DNA of 64,000 nucleotides from Patescibacteria group bacterium (GTDB taxonomy: Bacteria > Patescibacteriota > Microgenomatia > 0-14-0-10-38-17): the NCBI GenBank assembly GCA_050947035.1, contig JBMNVW010000003.1, forward strand, positions 25,992 through 89,991. The letters are read 5' to 3'. A program made the position numbers and the translations under genes. This document shows, in pieces, positions 1-8,998 of this stretch. How positions within the stretch are numbered: the stretch's first letter is position 1; each line of letters starts with the position of its first letter. The notes beneath the pieces are model-generated. The model searched no databases, was not told the origin of the DNA, and saw only the letters and a list, made by a program, of their open reading frames with translations.

Positions 1-169
1 TCGACTCTAAAAAGGTGGCCTCAATTTCTTCTTGAATATTGATTAAGTTTTCTCTGGCTTCTTCCTCTTCAAGTAAAAACTTGATTTTTTCCCAAGAATC
101 AGGGTTATTTTTTTCCAAGAAAAAAGATCGAGAAGGCAAGTTTTTTGTTTTTTTCTTTGGCTGAGTCAT
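1..169 (-). CDS. hypothetical protein, partial (runs off the window start)
   Basis: ATG at 169 with an open frame MTQPKKKTKNLPSRSFFLEKNNPDSWEKIKFLLEEEEARENL... to the window edge; absent from the ORF track because it is truncated. Confidence 0.55.
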   Translation of the reverse strand, partial: MTQPKKKTKNLPSRSFFLEKNNPDSWEKIKFLLEEEEARENLINIQEEIEATFLES

Positions 170-251
170 TTCCTACCAAGGATTGTATCAATTTTATAAT
201 TTTCAAGCAAGAAAAAAAGTTGTGGGGTGATGATTTTTTGTTTCGGGCTTT

Positions 252-328
252 TGGTCGGGGATGCCGGACTCGAACCGGCGGCCTCACGCACCCCATGCGC
301 GCGCGCTAGCCATCTGCGCCAATCCCCG
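252..328 (-). tRNA. tRNA-Pro(GGG)
   Basis: Cloverleaf CGGGGATTGGCGCAG...CGCGC-AT-GGG-GT-GCGTG...GGTTCGAGTCC...ATCCCCGACCA; CCA encoded. Confidence 0.97.
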
Positions 329-577
329 ATAATATTAACTTGCCAGACTCAATATCTTTATTAATCAAATCATGGCTTTTTTTATATTTTTTCTCAAATT
401 TAGCCGCTTCCTTGATTGTTTTAAACTTTCTATAGGCATATAGGACCGGGGGTCTTCGATATTTGGTTGAGAAAACCCGTCCATTATTGTGTTGTTTTAA
501 TCTCTTGCCAAGATTAATGGTTGAACCAATATATTTTTTGCTATCTTTCAGATTTTTAATATATAAGTATAGGACAT
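306..577 (-). pseudogene. GIY-YIG nuclease (YhbQ/UPF0213-like) with a 1-nt frameshift
   Basis: MSYTYILK, then adding one A to the A5 run (553-557) continues NLKDSKKYIGSTINLGKRLKQHNNG...STKYRRP...EAAKFEKKYKK (90 aa total); the stop lies inside tRNA-Pro. Confidence 0.85.
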
Positions 578-592
578 ATTAAAAATTTCACA

Positions 593-698
593 CTCGCGCA
601 CCCCGTCGGGCAGAGCCGTCAGCTGAAAAGCCTTTAGCTGGTAGCCTTCTGGGCGGCGCCCATGCGCGCGCTAAGCTAAATAATTGCGCCACATCCCG
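593..698 (-). pseudogene. tRNA-Pro-like fragment with a hairpin inserted in the anticodon loop; no T-arm or 3' acceptor strand
   Basis: CGGGATGTGGCGCA...TAGCGCGCGCATGGG-[54 nt]-GGGGTGCGCGAG resembles the 5' two-thirds of tRNA-Pro(GGG). Confidence 0.7.
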
Positions 699-759
699 TT
701 TACTTTTTTTAGAGCAAGTTGTATTTTAGCAAAACTTATGTCACAATAAAAGACAAGAT

Positions 760-1779
760 ATGAGCAAGTCTAAAGGAAAAAAAGGGAAAAAATCCTCTTC
801 TTCTCCCCGATTGGAGGCGGTAAAATTGGCGATGGAGCAAATACAGAAGCAATATGGTCAGGGTTCGATTATGAAAATGGGGAAAAATGATGTTGTCAAA
901 GATGTTCCGGCTATTCCTACTGGCTGTTTATCTTTGGACCGGGCTTTGGGAATAGGGGGGATTCCTAAAGGACGAGTTACCGAAATTTATGGTCCTGAAG
1001 CCTCAGGCAAAACCACGCTTTGTTTGCATATTATTGCCGAAGCCCAAAAGCAGGGTGGAGTGGCGGCTTTTGTTGATGTTGAGCATGCTCTCGACCCAGC
1101 CAGAGCCAAAGAAATTGGCGTTGACATAGACGAATTATTAATTTCTCAACCAGATACGGGCGAACAAGCCTTGGAAATTGTTGAAACACTGGTTCGTTCT
1201 GGGGGAATAGATGTGGTGGTTTTAGATTCAGTGGCCGCTTTGGTCCCTCGGGCCGAAATTGAGGGCGAAATGGGCGATGCCCAAGTTGGTGTTCAAGCTC
1301 GATTGATGAGCCAGGCTTTGAGAAAGTTAACGGGGGCAATTTCTAAATCTCACACGGCAGTAATTTTTACCAATCAAATTCGACACAAAATTGGGGTCAT
1401 GTTTGGCAATCCGGAAACTACTTCCGGAGGTTTGGCGTTAAAGTTTTATTCTTCGGTTAGGATTGATATTAGAAAAATCGGCACGATTAAGGAAAAAGAT
1501 GAAATAATCGGCTCTCATCATCGAGCTAGGATTAAAAAAAATAAGGTTGCTCCACCATTTAAAGAAGCAGAGTTTGACATTATGAATAAAGGGGGAATTT
1601 CTTTGGCCGGTGATATTTTAGATTTAGCGGTTGACTTAGATTTGATAGAAAAGTCGGGCGCTTTTTATAAGCAAGACGGTGAAGTTTTGGCTCAAGGGAG
1701 AGAAGCAACCAAAAAATATTTAGAAGATAATCCTAAAGTGGCCAAAAAAATTGTTTCGGCGATCAAGAAAGCTTCTTAA
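760..1779 (+). CDS. recA: recombinase RecA
   Basis: [10 protein letters not shown]-loop, DSVAALVP and [16 protein letters not shown] motifs. Confidence 0.99.
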   Translation: MSKSKGKKGKKSSSSPRLEAVKLAMEQIQKQYGQGSIMKMGKNDVVKDVPAIPTGCLSLDRALGIGGIPKGRVTEIYGPEASGKTTLCLHIIAEAQKQGGVAAFVDVEHALDPARAKEIGVDIDELLISQPDTGEQALEIVETLVRSGGIDVVVLDSVAALVPRAEIEGEMGDAQVGVQARLMSQALRKLTGAISKSHTAVIFTNQIRHKIGVMFGNPETTSGGLALKFYSSVRIDIRKIGTIKEKDEIIGSHHRARIKKNKVAPPFKEAEFDIMNKGGISLAGDILDLAVDLDLIEKSGAFYKQDGEVLAQGREATKKYLEDNPKVAKKIVSAIKKAS

Positions 1780-1791
1780 AAAAAGATTAAA

Positions 1792-2412
1792 GTGCCCCAA
1801 GTTACTGCTATAAAAACTCAAAAAAAGGACCCTAGTCGGGTTAGCCTTTATCTTGATGGTAAATTTGCTTTTGGTTTAGGCCGGGACCTATCAACTAAAG
1901 CGGGTTTAGTAGTGGGAAAAAAATTGTCCGAGGAGACCATCGAGAACCTCAAGGGGCAATCTGAAGAAGAAAAGTTTCTTAATTTGACCTATCGCTATCT
2001 TTCTTATCGGCCCCGATCAGAAAAAGAGGTAGTTAATCATTTAACCAAGAAAAAAGTTAATAAAAAAACTATTGCCAAAATTATTAGTCGATTAAAAAAG
2101 CAAGATTATTTAGATGATGAAGAATTTGCCCTTTGGTGGATCGATCAACGTCAACGTTTTCGTCCCAGAAGCCGGTATTTTTTAAAAAGCGAATTAATAA
2201 AAAAGGGCGTTGAAAGAAAAATAATTGATCAAGCTTTGACAAAAGTAGATGAGGAGGCTCTGGTGGATAAGATAATTCTTAAAAGAAAGTCACGATTAAA
2301 GAATCTTGAGCCGTTTCAAGCCAGAAAAAAATTAATTGGCTATTTACAGCGACGAGGCTTTTCTTGGGAGATAATTAAAAAGGGCTTGGGAAAAGCCAAA
2401 ATTTTTGACTAA
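1792..2412 (+). CDS. recX: RecX regulatory protein
   Basis: YLSYRPRSEKEV, YLDDEEFA and YLQRRGF motifs; directly follows recA. Confidence 0.92.
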   Translation: MPQVTAIKTQKKDPSRVSLYLDGKFAFGLGRDLSTKAGLVVGKKLSEETIENLKGQSEEEKFLNLTYRYLSYRPRSEKEVVNHLTKKKVNKKTIAKIISRLKKQDYLDDEEFALWWIDQRQRFRPRSRYFLKSELIKKGVERKIIDQALTKVDEEALVDKIILKRKSRLKNLEPFQARKKLIGYLQRRGFSWEIIKKGLGKAKIFD

Positions 2413-2433
2413 AAAAGCCCAAGGGGTTACAAT
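2405..2433 (+). promoter_or_regulatory. sigma70 promoter upstream of rny
   Basis: TTGACT-17 nt-TACAAT. Confidence 0.6.
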
Positions 2434-2576
2434 AAGGTTTAGCAAAAGCGTTTTATGAAAACAAGAAAGAAAGACAGCCATCCTCTTAGGTGATAAGCTT
2501 TTTCTTGATTTTTTTAACTCTTCTTGTTTTTCTTTGATGTTTTTTGCTTTCTTAAAATAGATTATTATTATCCTTT

Positions 2577-3752
2577 ATGACTAAAAAAGATCCAAAAAAA
2601 TTAACAGAAAAAGTTAACCAACTAGAAAAAGAGAACAAGGCCCTTAAAGAAAAGCTTCTTTTAGAATTAGACCAAGAGCTAAAAGCCAAGGTTGCTAAAA
2701 AAATCGCTAAGGCCGAAGAAGAGATTAAGTTAACTTCCGAGGAGAAAGCTAAGCAAATTTTGGTTGAGGCGATGAAACACGGGGCAACTGATATTACCGC
2801 TGAATATACCGCTTCTTCAGTTAAGCTTCCTTCAGAAGATATTAAAGGGAAAATTATTGGCCGAGAAGGGCGAAATATTCGTGTTTTTGAACGGGTAACC
2901 GGAGTAGATCTAGACCTAGACGAAGAGGGAGAAATTCGCCTTTCTTCTTTTGATTCTCAAAGAAGAGAAGTAGCCAAAAGAGCCTTAAAAAAGCTAATTC
3001 GTGATGGGCGAATTCAACCTAATCGAATTGAAGAAGTAGTTGATCAGGTTAAAAAAGAGGTCGATAAAATTATTTTGGAAGAAGGCAATAAGCTCTGCCA
3101 AGCGGTGGGGGTTTATGATTTACCCTTAGAGTTAGTGAAGATGATTGGTAAGTTTAAGTTTCGCTTTTCTTACGGCCAAAACCTCCTGGTTCATACTTTA
3201 GAAGAAACTAAAATCGGCATGGAAATTGCCCGTCAATTAAAGGCGGATGTTGAAGTTGTTCGTTTGGGCTGTTTGCTTCACGATATTGGCAAAATAGCCA
3301 GTGACCGCAAAGGTTCTCATGTTGATTTGGGAGTGGAGATTGCCAGAAAACACGATATGCCAAAAAAGGTAATTGCCGCCATTGCCGAGCACCATGAGGA
3401 TAAACCCTTTTCCTCAATTGAATCGGCAATTATTTGGATTGCTGATGCTATTTCCGGCTCTCGACCGGCGGCTCGTTACGAACCCCATGAAGACTATGTT
3501 GAGCGTATGAGCAAGATTGAAGAAGTGGCCAAGTCGTTTTCTGGAGTAGTTGACGTGGCCGCTTATCAAGCAGGAAGAGAGGTTCGAGTGGTGGTTGAGC
3601 CGGATGAAATATCAGATGATGAAGTAACAATTTTAGCTCATGAGATTGCGGAGAAGCTAGAAGAAATGGCTCGTTGGGCCGGTCGAATTAGGGTAACCGT
3701 AATTAGAGAAATTAGGGCCCAAGAAACTGCCCCCTTAACAGAAGAAGACTAA
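2577..3752 (+). CDS. rny: ribonuclease Y (KH + HD domains), no N-terminal membrane anchor
   Basis: KGKIIGREGRNIR KH motif, LLHDIGK HD motif, DAISGSRP; recA-recX-rny synteny. Confidence 0.95.
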   Translation: MTKKDPKKLTEKVNQLEKENKALKEKLLLELDQELKAKVAKKIAKAEEEIKLTSEEKAKQILVEAMKHGATDITAEYTASSVKLPSEDIKGKIIGREGRNIRVFERVTGVDLDLDEEGEIRLSSFDSQRREVAKRALKKLIRDGRIQPNRIEEVVDQVKKEVDKIILEEGNKLCQAVGVYDLPLELVKMIGKFKFRFSYGQNLLVHTLEETKIGMEIARQLKADVEVVRLGCLLHDIGKIASDRKGSHVDLGVEIARKHDMPKKVIAAIAEHHEDKPFSSIESAIIWIADAISGSRPAARYEPHEDYVERMSKIEEVAKSFSGVVDVAAYQAGREVRVVVEPDEISDDEVTILAHEIAEKLEEMARWAGRIRVTVIREIRAQETAPLTEED

Positions 3753-3754
3753 TC

Positions 3755-3783
3755 TTGACAGCTCGGCCTTAATCGGCTATTCT
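3755..3783 (+). promoter_or_regulatory. sigma70 promoter for HU
   Basis: TTGACA-17 nt-TATTCT. Confidence 0.6.
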
Positions 3784-3869
3784 GTTTCTTGCTTGCCAAA
3801 AAAAACGATAATAATAACCCTTAATTTTAAGTAATATTTTAAATCCATTAAAGGGAGGTGGAAAAGAGA

Positions 3870-4145
3870 ATGATTAAAAGTCAAATTGTTGAAGAAGTCG
3901 CCAAAAAAGCCGACACTACTAAGAAAAATGCTCGAGAAGTGGTTGATATTTTTTTGGATGAAATTCAAAAAGCTTTAGCTCGAGGAGAGTCTAAAGTGGT
4001 AATTTCCGGGTTTGGCACTTTCCGAACCACCATGGTTAAGGAAAAAACAGTCACTGTTCCGGGAACTAACGAGACTGTTAAGGTTAAGGCTCATCGAGCC
4101 GCCCGCTTCAGTCCCGGAAAAGCTTTAAAAAGAGCGGTCAAATAA
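3870..4145 (+). CDS. hup: HU/IHF family DNA-binding protein
   Basis: KVVISGFGTF and ARFSPGKALK; SD GGGAGGTG upstream of ATG 3870. Confidence 0.93.
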   Translation: MIKSQIVEEVAKKADTTKKNAREVVDIFLDEIQKALARGESKVVISGFGTFRTTMVKEKTVTVPGTNETVKVKAHRAARFSPGKALKRAVK

Positions 4146-4161
4146 GGCCGTTTTTTTAAAG

Positions 4162-4200
4162 AAATAAAAAGCGCTCATTTTTTAGAGCGCTTTTTTATTT
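4162..4200. terminator. bidirectional intrinsic terminator
   Basis: AAATAAAAAGCGCTC-loop-GAGCGCTTTTTTATTT between convergent hup and tatD. Confidence 0.8.
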
Positions 4201-4217
4201 TTGATCACCTTGGGGTA

Positions 4218-4250
4218 TTACACTTTTAAGGTGGAAACTGGAAGGTGTAA
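4218..4250 (-). repeat. CACC-N5-GGTG REP-like element
   Basis: TTACACCTTCCAGTTTCCACCTTAAAAGTGTAA on the minus strand; relatives at 30843, 35612, 60447 and 63205. Confidence 0.65.
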
Positions 4251-5045
4251 GGGGGAGAAAATTTGTTTGGCGTTGGTGGTGGTTTGTTTGGCTATTGTTC
4301 TTAGGGGAAGATTTTTTATTTTAGCCGCAAATTCGGCAATATATTTTAAATTCCTGGGTTCATTGGGAAAGGGTTTTTCTTTTTTGATTGGCTCTGGTGT
4401 TAGATAAGGGCTATCGGTTTCTAAAACCAGCATTTCCAGGGGAACAGTTTTGATAAAGCGAGCCTTTTTGTTCCAATAGGTGATATCACCGTCGACACCA
4501 ATAAAAATTTGGTGTTTTTGGGCAAAAGTTAACAGTTCTTCATCGGGTTCGCAACAATGAAAAACAGCCCGGCCCTCAAAGCCTTTGTGCCAATGTTTTT
4601 TTATTATTGCCAGCATATCTTCTTTGGCCTCACGGTTATGAAAGATGATTGGTTTTTGATATTTTTGGGCGAGTTTTATTTGTTTGATAAATAGGGCCTG
4701 TTGGTTTTTTTTAAATTGGCCATTAATTTGATAATTTTCGTATTTTGTGTTTTGGTATTGGTGGTAGTCAAGGCCGATTTCGCCTACGGCGGTTGTTTTT
4801 GTTTTTTTTATTAAATCTTCTAATTTTTCGAGGTCAATTTTACTTTGAGCGTGGTGAGGATGAATGCCGATAGCAGCAAAAACATTTTTATATTTTTTGG
4901 CTAATTGAAGAGCTTTTTGGGAAGTGGTCATATTTGATCCAGGAACCAAGAAATAATTAATTCCGGCCTTGGAGGCTCGATTAATAATTTCTCTTTCTTG
5001 GTTTTTGAAAACAGCAAAATTAAGGTGGCAATGAGTGTCGAACAT
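4218..5045 (-). CDS. tatD: TatD family hydrolase
   Basis: DTHCHL, GIHPH, VGEIGLDY and LETDSPYL motifs. Confidence 0.95.
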   Translation of the reverse strand: MFDTHCHLNFAVFKNQEREIINRASKAGINYFLVPGSNMTTSQKALQLAKKYKNVFAAIGIHPHHAQSKIDLEKLEDLIKKTKTTAVGEIGLDYHQYQNTKYENYQINGQFKKNQQALFIKQIKLAQKYQKPIIFHNREAKEDMLAIIKKHWHKGFEGRAVFHCCEPDEELLTFAQKHQIFIGVDGDITYWNKKARFIKTVPLEMLVLETDSPYLTPEPIKKEKPFPNEPRNLKYIAEFAAKIKNLPLRTIAKQTTTNAKQIFSPLHLPVSTLKV

Positions 5046-5138
5046 AAATTAATTATAACTGATTTACCAGGAGAAGAATTTTTACCAAAAGAAGCTCTTA
5101 CTTTTCAAAGTTTAATTTGCTAAACTGTTTGACAACTT

Positions 5139-6074
5139 ATGAAAAAGCCCAGTTGGGAAAAGCTGAAGAAGTATGATTGGTTTTTTTGTGCTATAGTTAT
5201 TGCCTTAGTAGTTTTGTTTTACAGCCTTCTCATTGGCTATGCGAAATATTCGTTTGAAAAAAAGCTTTCTGAGGCGACCGCTCTTCATCTAAATAGGATT
5301 GTTGCCCTAAGTCAGGTAGAACAAGAAAAACTTTTTAGTAAAGCGCATTTACTACTTGATTCTTTTGCTAAAGAAGATGAGGCGATTTTTTCTTCTCCCA
5401 AACAGTGTCAGGAGGTGGCCAAAAAGATTGTTCATTTTTCCCCGGATTTCTACACTTTGGGTGCTGCCTCGTTAGAGGGAAAAGTGATTTGTGATGCTCT
5501 TTCTTTTGAGGGCGAGATTGATGTTTCTGACCGGAGCTATATTCAGGAAGCAATAGAGAGCAAGGAATTTTCGATCGGCCAATATCAGATTGGTAAAGTT
5601 TCCCATAAGCCCTCCCTTAATTTTGGTTATCCGGTTTTGGATCAGCAAGGCCAGGTTAAGCGGGTTCTGGTTGCCTCTTTAAGCCTTGAGTGGCTGGACC
5701 CTTTTATTAAAGAATTAGATTTGCCAGTCGGCGCTGATGTTTTTGTTTTTGATCGTAAAGGGCGAATTTTATATCATTATTCTGATACAGGCCTAATTGG
5801 CGAATTTGGTTTAGAAACTTCTCTGTTTGCGGCTATTTTAGCTGAGCCCGACGGAACAGCCATGATTACTACCGATGACGGTATTGAAAAGATTTTTGCC
5901 TTTACTCCCATTAAGGGAGAGCAAATGTCTGACACTATCATTGCTCTTGGTGTTCCCAAAGAGGCAGTTTTTTCTAAGTATGGAGTATCTTGGCAGATGG
6001 TTTGGTTGGTTCATGTCGGTATTGCTCTATTTTTGCTAGGGGCCGTTTTTTACTCTCATTATCGTCACCAATAA
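5139..6074 (+). CDS. membrane protein with a dCache-type sensory domain and no cytoplasmic output domain
   Basis: TM - IDVSDRSY...FGYPV...VFDRKGRILYH - TM, ending about 6 aa after the second TM. Confidence 0.75.
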   Translation: MKKPSWEKLKKYDWFFCAIVIALVVLFYSLLIGYAKYSFEKKLSEATALHLNRIVALSQVEQEKLFSKAHLLLDSFAKEDEAIFSSPKQCQEVAKKIVHFSPDFYTLGAASLEGKVICDALSFEGEIDVSDRSYIQEAIESKEFSIGQYQIGKVSHKPSLNFGYPVLDQQGQVKRVLVASLSLEWLDPFIKELDLPVGADVFVFDRKGRILYHYSDTGLIGEFGLETSLFAAILAEPDGTAMITTDDGIEKIFAFTPIKGEQMSDTIIALGVPKEAVFSKYGVSWQMVWLVHVGIALFLLGAVFYSHYRHQ

Positions 6075-6129
6075 ACTTTCTTTAAAAGATAAAGCTTCTT
6101 GAAAAAACAGGGAGTGATAAAATAGGTTA

Positions 6130-7203
6130 ATGGCGCTTAAAGTCGGAATAGTGGGCTTGCCCAATGCTGGCAAATCAACTTTATTTAATGCCCTTTTGGG
6201 GCGACAGGTGGCTCGAGCCGAAAATTATCCTTTTTGTACTATTGAGCCCAATGTTGGTGTGGTAGAAGTCCCAGACAACAAATTACCTCTTTTGGCTAAA
6301 ATTGAAAAAAGTCAAAACATTGTCCCGGCAGTGGTGGAGTTTGTTGATATTGCCGGTTTAGTTAAAGGAGCGGCAAGGGGTGAGGGCTTAGGTAACAAAT
6401 TTTTGGCCCACGTTAGAGAAGTTGATCTGATTTGTTATGTTTTACGTGCTTTTGATGATGATAATGTTGATCGAGCTGGTTCGGTTAGTCCTCGGGAAGA
6501 CTTGGCGGTTTTAAGAACGGAAATGGCCTTAAAAGATTTGGAGACTTTAGAAAAAATTTTAACTAAGAATCCCAAGGATGAGGAAGAGGCGCTGCGTTTT
6601 CGAACAGCCCAAAAGGCAAAAGAGTTTCTAGAATTTGACCAGCGTCTTATTGATAAGGATTTTACCAAGGAAGAAAAAGAGGCTTTGGCTAGCTTTTTTT
6701 TGCTAACTGGTAGGCCAGAAATTATTACTCTGAATGTTGCCGAAGAAAATTTGACAGAACTTAGCAGTTGGTTGGATGATTTTTCTGATCTTAACCCGAT
6801 TATTATTTGTGCTAGGCTTGAAGAAGAGCTTTTTTCTCTTACCCCAAAAGAACAAAGAGAATATTTGGACAACTTAAAGATCAAACAGTCGGGACTAGAA
6901 AGGCTGATAAAGCAAGCATATAAAAAACTAGGGTTAGTTAGTTTTTATACTGCCGGTGAAAAAGAGGCTCGGGCTTGGACAGTTGAAAAAGGGACATCTG
7001 CTTCTCGAGCGGCTGGAGTAATTCATACTGATTTTGAAAAGAACTTTATCAAAGCAGAAGTGGTTGGTTTTGATGATTTTGTTCAATTTGGCGGTTGGAC
7101 CAAGTGTCGTTCTTTAGGGAAAACCAGGTTTGAAGGCCAAGACTATCAATTTGTAGGCGATGAAGTGGTAGAGTTTAAGGTGGGGAAGTCGGAAAAAAGC
7201 TAA
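6130..7203 (+). CDS. ychF: redox-regulated ATPase YchF
   Basis: [22 protein letters not shown] and DIAGLVKGA motifs. Confidence 0.97.
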   Translation: MALKVGIVGLPNAGKSTLFNALLGRQVARAENYPFCTIEPNVGVVEVPDNKLPLLAKIEKSQNIVPAVVEFVDIAGLVKGAARGEGLGNKFLAHVREVDLICYVLRAFDDDNVDRAGSVSPREDLAVLRTEMALKDLETLEKILTKNPKDEEEALRFRTAQKAKEFLEFDQRLIDKDFTKEEKEALASFFLLTGRPEIITLNVAEENLTELSSWLDDFSDLNPIIICARLEEELFSLTPKEQREYLDNLKIKQSGLERLIKQAYKKLGLVSFYTAGEKEARAWTVEKGTSASRAAGVIHTDFEKNFIKAEVVGFDDFVQFGGWTKCRSLGKTRFEGQDYQFVGDEVVEFKVGKSEKS

Positions 7204-7209
7204 ATTCTA

Positions 7210-7256
7210 AAGGTCCGAAGCTGTTTGACCCTAAGGGTCGGATAGCTTCGGACCTT
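7210..7256. repeat. long intergenic hairpin (REP-like or terminator)
   Basis: AAGGTCCGAAGCTGTTTGACCC-TAA-GGGTCGGATAGCTTCGGACCTT. Confidence 0.65.
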
Positions 7257-7290
7257 CGTTAAAGAGGCTTGTGCTATACTAAAAAAAGAG

Positions 7291-7812
7291 ATGAAGAAGA
7301 TTGCAGAGGCGATTAGAAAGCGGCGTAGTATTCGAGTTTTTCAAGATAGGCCGGTTGAGCAAGAAAAGATAGAGGCAATTTTAGGGGCGGCCCAGTTTGC
7401 TCCTTCGGCCAATCATAAAAATCCTTGGCAATTTTGGGTGGTAAGAGATGAAGAAGTTTTGGAAAAGCTGGCCCAAAGCACCCCTTGGGGATCATTTATT
7501 GCTCAAGCGCCGATCGCTATTGTTGTCGGGGCCGATCAGGGCTTGTCTTCGGAATGGCTAGAAGACGCCTCAATTGCTGGGGCCCATATTTATTTGGAAA
7601 CAACTAACCAAGGCTTGGGAACTTGTTGGGTTCAGAATAGAGGGGCAAAAACTCCTCATGGCGAGGACAGCGAAAATTATGTTAAAAATTTGCTTAATAT
7701 TTCTGAGGATCTTCGTATTGTGGCTACTTTCCCGATTGGCTATCCTAATGAAGAAAAAGCTCCTCATTCTGATCAGAATTATCAAAAAGACAAAGTTCAT
7801 CTTATTGACTGA
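7291..7812 (+). CDS. nitroreductase family protein
   Basis: RRSIRVF, APSANHKNPW and GLGTCW motifs. Confidence 0.93.
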   Translation: MKKIAEAIRKRRSIRVFQDRPVEQEKIEAILGAAQFAPSANHKNPWQFWVVRDEEVLEKLAQSTPWGSFIAQAPIAIVVGADQGLSSEWLEDASIAGAHIYLETTNQGLGTCWVQNRGAKTPHGEDSENYVKNLLNISEDLRIVATFPIGYPNEEKAPHSDQNYQKDKVHLID

Positions 7813-7882
7813 TCTTAATTTCTCCCCTGCCCTCTTCAATGATAAAATTTAGCCAGATTTATTTTGGATAAAAATATAAACA

Positions 7883-8977
7883 ATGATTCCTAGCCAAGCC
7901 AAAACCTATTATATTAAAACCTTTGGTTGCCAAGCCAATGTGGCCGATTCGGAAAAAATTGCCGGTTTTTTGGCCCAGGCTGGTCTAAAAAAAGCCAAAA
8001 CGATTGATAAGGCTGACATTATTGTTATTAATTCTTGCGCCGTTCGTCAATCGGCTGAAGATCGGGCCATTGGTTTAGCTCATAATTTAAGCCAAAAAAA
8101 GAGCTTGGGGCTAGTTATTGTTACCGGTTGTCTTCTCTATCATAAGAAAAAATATTTGCAAGAAAAGCTAAAAGAGAAGGTCGATCTGATGGTTAAAACA
8201 AAGGACTGGCCGAAATTTATTCTGGATAACTGGTCAATTAAAGTCAAAGATCAACCATTAAGAGACACTCAAGAAATAGCCCATATTCCTATTATGGAGG
8301 GGTGTAATAATTTTTGTACTTATTGTGTTGTCCCCCATGCTCGTGGTCGGGAGCGATCAGTTTTGCCAGAAGAAGTAGTTTGCCAAGTAAGTCGAGCAAT
8401 AAAGCTTGGTTATCGGGAGGTTTTACTTTTGGGTCAAAACGTTAACAGTTATGGCAAAGATCAAACCGCTAAGTCTTGGGAGAAATTAAAAAAGGAAACC
8501 GGCTTTGATACCCCCCTGGCTGGTTTATTAGTCAAGTTAAGCCGTTTTAATAAGCTTAAGAAAATTTCTTTTTTGACTTCTAATCCACAAGATTTGGATG
8601 ATGACATTATTCAAGCGATGAGGGGAGAAAAAATTGATCGTCAGCTTCACCTACCAGTTCAATCTGGTGATGATGAGATTTTGGCAGCTATGAATAGAAA
8701 ATATACTACTGTTCAATATATTGAACTAGTGAAAAAAATTAGAAAGAAAATTCCTGAGATCAAAATAAGCACCGATATTATTGTTGGTTTCCCCGGAGAA
8801 ACTAAAAAACAATTTCAAAAAACCGTCGACCTTTGTCAAAAAATTGGCTTTAATAAAGCTTATATAAATAAATATTCTCCCCGACCCCAAACTGCTGCTT
8901 CCAAATTGGTTGATAATGTTTCTCATTCAGAAAAAAAGCGCCGCTGGCGTATTTTGGACAAGATGATTAATAATTAG
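7883..8977 (+). CDS. miaB: MiaB-like tRNA methylthiotransferase lacking the TRAM domain
   Basis: TFGCQAN N-terminal domain, CNNFCTYC radical-SAM motif, TDIIVGFPGET; close to miaA. Confidence 0.85.
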   Translation: MIPSQAKTYYIKTFGCQANVADSEKIAGFLAQAGLKKAKTIDKADIIVINSCAVRQSAEDRAIGLAHNLSQKKSLGLVIVTGCLLYHKKKYLQEKLKEKVDLMVKTKDWPKFILDNWSIKVKDQPLRDTQEIAHIPIMEGCNNFCTYCVVPHARGRERSVLPEEVVCQVSRAIKLGYREVLLLGQNVNSYGKDQTAKSWEKLKKETGFDTPLAGLLVKLSRFNKLKKISFLTSNPQDLDDDIIQAMRGEKIDRQLHLPVQSGDDEILAAMNRKYTTVQYIELVKKIRKKIPEIKISTDIIVGFPGETKKQFQKTVDLCQKIGFNKAYINKYSPRPQTAASKLVDNVSHSEKKRRWRILDKMINN

Positions 8978-8998
8978 TTTTTATGATAAGGTTGTCTT

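Noticed and set aside
105-296. 63-aa minus-strand ORF
   Set aside because: Starts inside tRNA-Pro and overlaps a better ORF in another frame.
605-658. Group I intron in a tRNA
   Set aside because: Far too short for a ribozyme core, and the host fragment has no T-arm.
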